A DNA stretch of 25,377 nucleotides from Clostridia bacterium (GTDB lineage Bacteria > Bacillota > Clostridia > Christensenellales > UBA1242): the NCBI GenBank assembly GCA_016290255.1, contig JAEETG010000113.1:1-25377 (forward strand), given 5' to 3'. The translations under genes were made by a program, and so were the position numbers. This document shows positions 17,489 to 23,595 of this stretch, one piece after another. Position 1 is the stretch's first letter. Each line of letters begins with the position of its first letter. The notes under the pieces were generated by a model. The model was not told where the DNA came from. It did no database searches and was given only the letters and a program-made list of their open reading frames with translations.

Positions 17489-17517
17489 ATTATAGCAATA
17501 AACGGCCTAAAAGTCAA
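17489..17517 (-). promoter_or_regulatory. Promoter of the kinase gene
   Basis: Minus strand TTGACT-17 nt-TATAAT with TG extension. Confidence 0.8.
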
Positions 17518-17550
17518 TATCCTTATTTTTTTCAAAAAGAAAAAACGGAA

Positions 17551-18261
17551 TTATTTTTCCGTTTTTTTAGTGGTTTTTGTTGTCTTTTTTGGAGATGCTT
17601 TTGTTTCCTTTTTAGGTTCGGTTTCTTTTTTCGGTTCCGTTGTTTTTTTAGGTGTGTCCACTTTTTTGAGCGTGTTGGACTTTAAGAGAATTGCTTCTTT
17701 TTTTTCGTCTGGAAGAGTTTCAACATCCAAAACATTTTCTTTGTTTGGCAAATTTTGAAGAGCCAAAAACTTGTAAAGGGTTACTGCCAAAAGTGCCAAA
17801 AGTGCAATCAATATAAAGTATATAAACAAACTAAATGAAAAGACCAAACAAATATAAATTGACACAAGCATTAAAGCCATAAACACGATGTAGAAAATTG
17901 CAGATGCCAAATATTCTTTTTTGCCGTTGATGAGCAAAACTGGGTTCTTGGAATATGCTTTTGCTTTTAGCCCAGAAACAATCATGAGCGATGCGGTAAT
18001 CAAATGAAGTGCTCCCATAACAATAAACAAAAGAACAAACACTGCCCCAAGGCTCACGCCTTCCTTATAGCCGAACACCTTGAAAACACCCTCTCCCCAA
18101 CTGCTCATAAAAAGCGATGATATGAACACAAAAAAGTATAATGCAGAAACAACCAAAAAATATGAACCAAAAATTATTTCCAATATTCCTGTTCGTTTGA
18201 TTAAATTTTGCAAATTATCTTTTATACCAAACGCTTTAAACTCAAAAGAATTGTTTGTCAT
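17551..18261 (-). CDS. Hypothetical membrane protein (about 4 TM) with Lys/Thr/Glu/Pro-rich tail
   Basis: Four hydrophobic segments; tail PKKTTEPKKETEPKKETK... Confidence 0.75.
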   Translation of the reverse strand: MTNNSFEFKAFGIKDNLQNLIKRTGILEIIFGSYFLVVSALYFFVFISSLFMSSWGEGVFKVFGYKEGVSLGAVFVLLFIVMGALHLITASLMIVSGLKAKAYSKNPVLLINGKKEYLASAIFYIVFMALMLVSIYICLVFSFSLFIYFILIALLALLAVTLYKFLALQNLPNKENVLDVETLPDEKKEAILLKSNTLKKVDTPKKTTEPKKETEPKKETKASPKKTTKTTKKTEK

Positions 18262-18329
18262 TTTTTACCCCGCTTTTTTATAATAATACCCAAAAAAAAC
18301 TATAAAATCAACTTAAAATCACCAATTTT

Positions 18330-18785
18330 TTATTTTTTGTCTGTTGAACCAAAACCGCCCTCACGTTTTCTGGTTACAGTTTCTTCATCATCAACCTTTA
18401 AAAACTTAATGAATAGGCCTTGGCCAATTTTTTCGCCTTGTTTAATCACATATGGTTCATCACTAAAATTATATAACCTAAAACCAATGTTTCCATCGTT
18501 GAACTGGTTGCCAAAATAGTCGCTGTCGATAATGCCAACATTGTTTGCCAGCATAATTCCGCGTTTACCCATTCCGCTTGTGACCGCAAGAATCAAAACT
18601 TCATCTTCCCCGAACTGTGCTTTCACATTTGTCCAAATAAGTTCACTTTTGTGTGGTTTTATTTCAATTTCTATTGGAGACACAAAATCATATCCAGCAG
18701 AATGCACTGTTGCCCTTTTGGGCAAAACAGCATTTTCTTTTTCATATTCCATAAATTCTTTGTCCACTTGAAAAAATTTTCTCAT
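18330..18785 (-). CDS. dut: Trimeric dUTP diphosphatase
   Basis: LPKRAT..SAGYDF, GIIDSDY, KIGQGLF, REGGFGST. Confidence 0.93.
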   Translation of the reverse strand: MRKFFQVDKEFMEYEKENAVLPKRATVHSAGYDFVSPIEIEIKPHKSELIWTNVKAQFGEDEVLILAVTSGMGKRGIMLANNVGIIDSDYFGNQFNDGNIGFRLYNFSDEPYVIKQGEKIGQGLFIKFLKVDDEETVTRKREGGFGSTDKK

Positions 18786-18794
18786 AAAGCCCCC

Positions 18795-19316
18795 TTAACA
18801 CAATCCATTGTTTTTCAAATATTCTTTCAGTTTTGAATCGCAAACTCCTGCGTTTGCCCCCTGAACAGCCAGCCCACTGCAAACATTTGCATTACCACAA
18901 ACCTTTTGTAGGTCCTTTTCACTGTTGCCCATTCCACTTCCTTCGTGAGTGCAAATTGGCAAAATGGTTTTGCCTGTTAGGTCATAGTGCTCCAAAAAGC
19001 TGAAAACAGGCATTGGCATTGTTCCCCACCAGCATGGATAAACCAAAATTATTTTTTCATATTGATTTAGGTCTGGCAAATAGTTCAAAAGAGTTGGCCT
19101 TTTATTTTGCATAAGTTCATCTTTTGCAACTCTGCAACAAGCGTTATAGTCCTTTGGGTAACTTGTTTCGCCAACAATTTCAAACAAATCAGCATTAAGC
19201 ATATCACTTGCTTTTTCTGCAATTATTTGAGCATTCCCCTTTTCAACATTTCTATATCCACCTGGAAAATATGTTTCGCCTTTATGCGAAAAAAATGCAA
19301 CCAAAATTTTGTTCAT
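18795..19316 (-). CDS. Flavodoxin (Flavodoxin_4-like)
   Basis: LVAFFS..GETY, GNAQIIA, YPCWWGTMP, PICTHEGSGMG. Confidence 0.9.
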   Translation of the reverse strand: MNKILVAFFSHKGETYFPGGYRNVEKGNAQIIAEKASDMLNADLFEIVGETSYPKDYNACCRVAKDELMQNKRPTLLNYLPDLNQYEKIILVYPCWWGTMPMPVFSFLEHYDLTGKTILPICTHEGSGMGNSEKDLQKVCGNANVCSGLAVQGANAGVCDSKLKEYLKNNGLC

Positions 19317-19447
19317 TTAACACCTCCACATATATATTTTATTATACAAAAATATTTCAAAAAAAGTCAAATGAAAAAGATGCAAACAAAATAAGAAAAC
19401 ATTAAAAAAACTTTGCCATTTTTAGACAAAGTTTTTCTATACAATTT

Positions 19448-20698
19448 TTAGGAAATCAAGAATTGGAACAAGAGTTCAACAACAACAAACAGAACAAGCC
19501 CCATAAACACAACTGGCAAAATAATGTCGATGCTCTTGTTTTTGTAGTCTTTTGTGTATCTCAAAAGCATAACAAACGGAATTGCCAAAAACATCATAAA
19601 AGATGTTCCAAACCCAAGAGATTGCGCCCCTGGAATGAAAGATAACACAAAATCAAACAAACTAACAATAGCCAAATTTACACTATAGAAGAGTGAAAAA
19701 TGAAAAGTGTTGGCATTTGATTGCAAATATGCTTGATATTGAAAAGCATTTCCACCCATTCTTGCAAAAATTTTCTCTCTGGTTTTCATAAATAAAACCA
19801 AAAAGAAGAACACCAAATACACCGCTGGGGAACGGCAAACCAAAAGTGCATAACACGCAACAGGCAAGTTGATGATTTGGTTGTTGTTCAAAGCAAAAAG
19901 CACCATTGATGTCACCACATACAAAATTGGAACAGAAGAACATGCCCTAAACAAACCAAGATGATTTTTCTTTATCTTTTTTGGAGTCCACATTAAAAAG
20001 AAATAGAAAGAGCAACACAAAAGCATATCTAAGAAAATGTTATAATGAATGATTTCTCCAAATTCCGCAATTGTTTTTGCGTTTGCAAAAGCCCTTAGTT
20101 CTGCTGGCGTCATTTCTGGGTGAGCGATTGCAAAAAAATTTATAACATAGTGTTCAAAAACAAAAATTGTTGCGATATAAATGAAAAGAGCCAACACAAA
20201 AAAGCGAATCATCGTTTGAATTGTTTCTTTTTTCCTTGCCAAAATCATACTGAAAGCAGAAACCAGAAAAAGAGGCAAAGCAATCTGTTCTGTCCACTCA
20301 AAAACAGCCGCAATTTTGTTTGCAACATCAACGTCTCCACCCTTTAGCTCAACAAACAAAGGCAAAAAGCCTGCAAAGATTCCCAAAAACAGAAAAAGAA
20401 ACGCAATCAGCCTTATTCCACGATATGAAAGTGGACCTTTATATTTCACTCTTGGAATCAACACTCTTGTTTTTATGGCAGACTTTGTTATATAGTCATT
20501 TTTTTCAAACATTGTTAGTTGCTTAAACTTTTGTTTTCTTCCAAAGAAACTTTTCTTTGGCTGTTCACTAAAAGAAACTTCTTCAACCTTTTCTTTAGCA
20601 TTGGTCACATCTTGTTTTGCGTCTTCACATTTTGGTTTCTTATCTTTTTCTTCTTTCAGCCTTGTTTCATCTTCTTGCATTTTTATTTTTTTACCCAT
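19448..20698 (-). CDS. Hypothetical polytopic membrane protein (about 9-10 TM), 416 aa
   Basis: Charged N-terminal region followed by many hydrophobic helices. Start MGKK behind SD AAGGGTG. Confidence 0.75.
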   Translation of the reverse strand: MGKKIKMQEDETRLKEEKDKKPKCEDAKQDVTNAKEKVEEVSFSEQPKKSFFGRKQKFKQLTMFEKNDYITKSAIKTRVLIPRVKYKGPLSYRGIRLIAFLFLFLGIFAGFLPLFVELKGGDVDVANKIAAVFEWTEQIALPLFLVSAFSMILARKKETIQTMIRFFVLALFIYIATIFVFEHYVINFFAIAHPEMTPAELRAFANAKTIAEFGEIIHYNIFLDMLLCCSFYFFLMWTPKKIKKNHLGLFRACSSVPILYVVTSMVLFALNNNQIINLPVACYALLVCRSPAVYLVFFFLVLFMKTREKIFARMGGNAFQYQAYLQSNANTFHFSLFYSVNLAIVSLFDFVLSFIPGAQSLGFGTSFMMFLAIPFVMLLRYTKDYKNKSIDIILPVVFMGLVLFVVVELLFQFLIS

Positions 20699-20766
20699 GG
20701 CACCCTTTTCTTCCGTTTTTTGCATTTTATCATATATTAACAAAGATTGCAAATCAAAAATATAAC

Positions 20767-20845
20767 AAAAAAGGCTGAACAAAATGTTCAGGCTTTTTTA
20801 TTTTGGTGACCCCGACAGGAATCGAACCCGTGTTACCACTGTGAA
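20767..20845 (-). repeat. att-like copy of the tRNA-Glu 3' half (42 bp from the anticodon loop) plus terminator
   Basis: Matches 22193-22270 with 3 substitutions and a 1-nt indel. Confidence 0.93.
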
Positions 20846-20899
20846 CCAAACTATAGTTTAGTTATCAATTGAGTTGGATTTATTTGAAATATTATTATT

Positions 20900-21439
20900 T
20901 TACTTAGAAATAAATTTTTCCATTAATTTTTGTTTATTTAACGATTTTTCATAAAAGACTTTTTCATTATCTTCTTTTGCAACAGTAAATCCTAATTTTT
21001 CATAAAGAGATTTTGCTTCAATATTTGTTTTTTCTGTATCAAGTTTTATTAACTTATCCCCAAAGTTACTTAAACCATTTTTAAGAGCCATTGTGGCTAA
21101 TCCATGCTTTCTGTGACAAAGTTCAGTTTGAACATCGTCAATATAACAATAATCATCAAATACTGTAAAACTAGCAATTGAATAAATTTTATCATCAAAA
21201 ACAATAGATAAAAAGAACTTGTTTGGGTGTTCCAAATATTTATTTTTAAATTCATTAAAAATACTTTGATATCTGTTCTCTCTTATTTTATTAAAATTTT
21301 CATGTGTTAATTCAAACCTCCCCTTAACGCACATTTTCAATTCTTCAAAATTATCAAAATTATAAACAAAACCTAAATTATTTTTAAAAAAATCTTGATT
21401 TTCAAAAAATTCTTTTTCACCAATAATCGCCTTCTTCAT
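20900..21439 (-). CDS. GNAT-family N-acetyltransferase
   Basis: YIDDVQTELCHRKHGLAT (motif A), KTNIEAKSLYEKLGF (motif B). Confidence 0.85.
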   Translation of the reverse strand: MKKAIIGEKEFFENQDFFKNNLGFVYNFDNFEELKMCVKGRFELTHENFNKIRENRYQSIFNEFKNKYLEHPNKFFLSIVFDDKIYSIASFTVFDDYCYIDDVQTELCHRKHGLATMALKNGLSNFGDKLIKLDTEKTNIEAKSLYEKLGFTVAKEDNEKVFYEKSLNKQKLMEKFISK

Positions 21440-21456
21440 TTTTATACCTCACTTAT

Positions 21457-22125
21457 TTATAGTTTTTGTTTTTCAATGGTGTTTTGTTTTGATTTTAAAA
21501 ACTTGTTGGTATCTTTAATTAGCCTATCAACATCTTCTTTTTGAGGCTCACTCAATATTTTTAATAAATCATTATGTGATTTGTTTTGCATTAAATACCC
21601 CATAATTTCATAGGCATAGGCGTAGTTATTTTTTATTTTATAGAAATCAAAAACTAAATCATCTGCTGAGCAGTTAATTTCTGTAACTTTATTGGCGTAT
21701 TTTGTTTGCCCTGCCAATCTTGTTGCAATTCCTTCCATTAAAAGTGGTGGCATAATGTTTTTGTCCTTCAAAATTTCTTCATGACAAATATGCACAAATT
21801 CATGTTTTAATGTTTTTATGTAGTCATCATAATTGTTGTTTTTATGACGTTCATCTTGAGTGTATAATTCCAAATTTAAAATATGAACAACACCATTTCT
21901 TGTTGTTGCAACTGTTCCATCGTGATATCTCTTTGGTTCTTTCCCGTTAAAAGTAACAAAATTAACAAAATTAGTTAAAGAATCATAAATTTGCACATTA
22001 AAAGTTCTAGATAATTTGTCAATTTCAAAAAAATTCATTGCCTCTTTCTGAAAATCTTCTAAATCATTTAAAATTTTTTCTGTAAAAACTTTATCTTTAC
22101 AATTTAACACTATATTACCACTCAT
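21457..22125 (-). CDS. HExxH gluzincin/peptidase MA-like protein, 222 aa
   Basis: KHEFVH followed by LMEGIA (third zinc ligand); own promoter ATGACA-17 nt-TATAAT at 22154-22182. Confidence 0.7.
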   Translation of the reverse strand: MSGNIVLNCKDKVFTEKILNDLEDFQKEAMNFFEIDKLSRTFNVQIYDSLTNFVNFVTFNGKEPKRYHDGTVATTRNGVVHILNLELYTQDERHKNNNYDDYIKTLKHEFVHICHEEILKDKNIMPPLLMEGIATRLAGQTKYANKVTEINCSADDLVFDFYKIKNNYAYAYEIMGYLMQNKSHNDLLKILSEPQKEDVDRLIKDTNKFLKSKQNTIEKQKL

Positions 22126-22228
22126 TTTTGCTTTTCCCTTTCTTGTTAAACATATTATAACATAGGATATTAATTTTGTCATAATATTTAATAAAAAAGG
22201 CTGAACAAAATGTTCAGTCTTTTTATTT

Positions 22229-22303
22229 TGGTGACCCCGACGGGAATCGAACCCGTGTTACCACCGTGAAAGGGTGATGTCTTAACCGCTTGACCACGGG
22301 GCC
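22229..22303 (-). tRNA. tRNA-Glu (TTC), CCA encoded
   Basis: GGCCCCGTGGTCAAGCGGTTAAGACATCACCCTTTCACGGTGGTAACACGGGTTCGATTCCCGTCGGGGTCACCA. Confidence 0.97.
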
Positions 22304-22335
22304 ATAACTAGCAAAACAAGAGTTGCCAGCATCTC

Positions 22336-22412
22336 TGGTAGCGGCGGAGAGATTCGAACTTTCGACCTATCGGGTATGAACCGATCGCTATAACCAACTA
22401 AGCTACGCCGCC
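22336..22412 (-). tRNA. tRNA-Met (CAT), elongator type, CCA encoded
   Basis: GGCGGCGTAGCTTAGTTGGTTATAGCGATCGGTTCATACCCGATAGGTCGAAAGTTCGAATCTCTCCGCCGCTACCA; closely resembles Bacillota elongator Met. Confidence 0.92.
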
Positions 22413-22431
22413 ACGAAATGATACTGAGTCT

Positions 22432-22460
22432 ATTTTACCTTATTATAAAAGAAAAGTCAA
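22432..22460 (-). promoter_or_regulatory. Promoter of the tRNA-Met/tRNA-Glu unit
   Basis: Minus strand TTGACT-17 nt-TAAAAT. Confidence 0.75.
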
Positions 22461-22520
22461 TATATTTTCATAAAAAAATAAAAAACTTTGAATCAAAGTT
22501 TTTTATCTGTTTTTCATATT

Positions 22521-23501
22521 TTACATAGACATTTCGTCTTTTGATTGTGTTTTTTTTGATGCGAAAGCCTCTTTAACTTTTGTTGCAACAGCTTTTGAAC
22601 CATCATAGATTTTCTTTGCACCTTTCTTGACTGCTGTTTTCACTGAATCTGCAGCAAATGCAAGTTTTAACAATGCTTTAACTTCCCAAACAGCAATTTT
22701 ATATCTGAGTTCATCTCTTTTCTCTTTTCTGATTTGTGCTTTTTGTTTTCTTTCTTCAATCTTTTTGATTAGTGCTTCGGCTTCTGCTTCTTGTTTAAGC
22801 TCTGTTTTTGTTTTTTGTTGTTCTTCTTTTGTGGCGATTATTTCATTGAAGTGGTCAAGCCCTCTTGCAAATTCCATGAATTGATTCCATTCAACGCTAT
22901 CTTTGTTTTTTCCATATTTTGCAAGTTCTGCAATTTGACGATAGTTTAGGTTAAGTCTTTCTTGTTTTGCATATTGTTCTGGAAGCAAAACTTTGATTAC
23001 TGCCAAATATGTTTTCTTCTTCTCTTCATCTTTTGATTCTTGATAGCCTATGATATATTTGTTTACTGTTTCAATTGCACTTATAAGTTTTTCTGATTCT
23101 TTTTCTGGAATGTCATCAAAAATGAAATCATCAACAGTTAAAAGATTTTGTGCAACCTTTTCTGCATCAACTTCTGTTAACTTTGTTCCAAGAACTCTTT
23201 CTGCTTCTTTCCACCAAGAGATTGATGCTTCAACATCTGCATAGGTGTAGATTGATTTTTGCATGTTTAGTTTGTTTTCGTCATCATCAGCAAGTGTTCT
23301 TATTTTAATTCCATCTTGTTCACCCAAAAAATAAATTGGTCCAAGCATTGCACTGTCTGTTATTTTCATTCCTGTTGCTTTCAAAAATTTTTCGTGTGCA
23401 AGTTTTAATGAGAATTGATTAACAAAAAAATTTGCAACCCCTTTTTTCTCCTCAATTTGGTTTCCATCTTTATCTACCAAAGGAACTTTTTTTATCATCA
23501 T
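22521..23501 (-). CDS. Degenerate ThyX-like (flavin-dependent thymidylate synthase fold) protein with coiled-coil extension
   Basis: LGEQDGIKIRTLA, YADVEASISWWKEAE, VDDF, VLLPEQY...LNYRQIA, EWNQFMEF track the clostridial/phage ThyX-like consensus as recalled. Confidence 0.6.
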   Translation of the reverse strand: MMIKKVPLVDKDGNQIEEKKGVANFFVNQFSLKLAHEKFLKATGMKITDSAMLGPIYFLGEQDGIKIRTLADDDENKLNMQKSIYTYADVEASISWWKEAERVLGTKLTEVDAEKVAQNLLTVDDFIFDDIPEKESEKLISAIETVNKYIIGYQESKDEEKKKTYLAVIKVLLPEQYAKQERLNLNYRQIAELAKYGKNKDSVEWNQFMEFARGLDHFNEIIATKEEQQKTKTELKQEAEAEALIKKIEERKQKAQIRKEKRDELRYKIAVWEVKALLKLAFAADSVKTAVKKGAKKIYDGSKAVATKVKEAFASKKTQSKDEMSM

Positions 23502-23549
23502 AATATTTCACCACCCTTTTATTCACTCTGTAAGCAAATTATATCACAA

Positions 23550-23577
23550 AAAAAGAGGCTTTGCAAGACCTCTTTTT
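23550..23577 (-). terminator. Terminator of the oxidoreductase gene
   Basis: AAAAAGAGG...CCTCTTTTT inverted repeat. Confidence 0.7.
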
Positions 23578-23595
23578 GATAATTTGCTTATATTT

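Larger units (their letters stand above)
20846..22192 (-). mobile_element. Integrase-less islet at tRNA-Glu carrying two genes
   Basis: Bounded by about 79-bp direct repeats containing the tRNA 3' end; looks more AT-rich than its flanks by eye. Confidence 0.7.

Noticed and set aside
11407-20782. Longer N-termini given in the ORF track for several genes
   Set aside because: The upstream starts overlap promoters or terminators, while downstream ATGs have clear SD sites.
20804-20845. Second tRNA-Glu gene
   Set aside because: Only the 3' 42 nt are present; the D-arm and 5' acceptor strand are missing.
3362-23501. Thymidine-metabolism gene cluster (HD, tmk, dut, ThyX-like)
   Set aside because: The genes are scattered over 20 kb in separate transcription units with unrelated genes between them.
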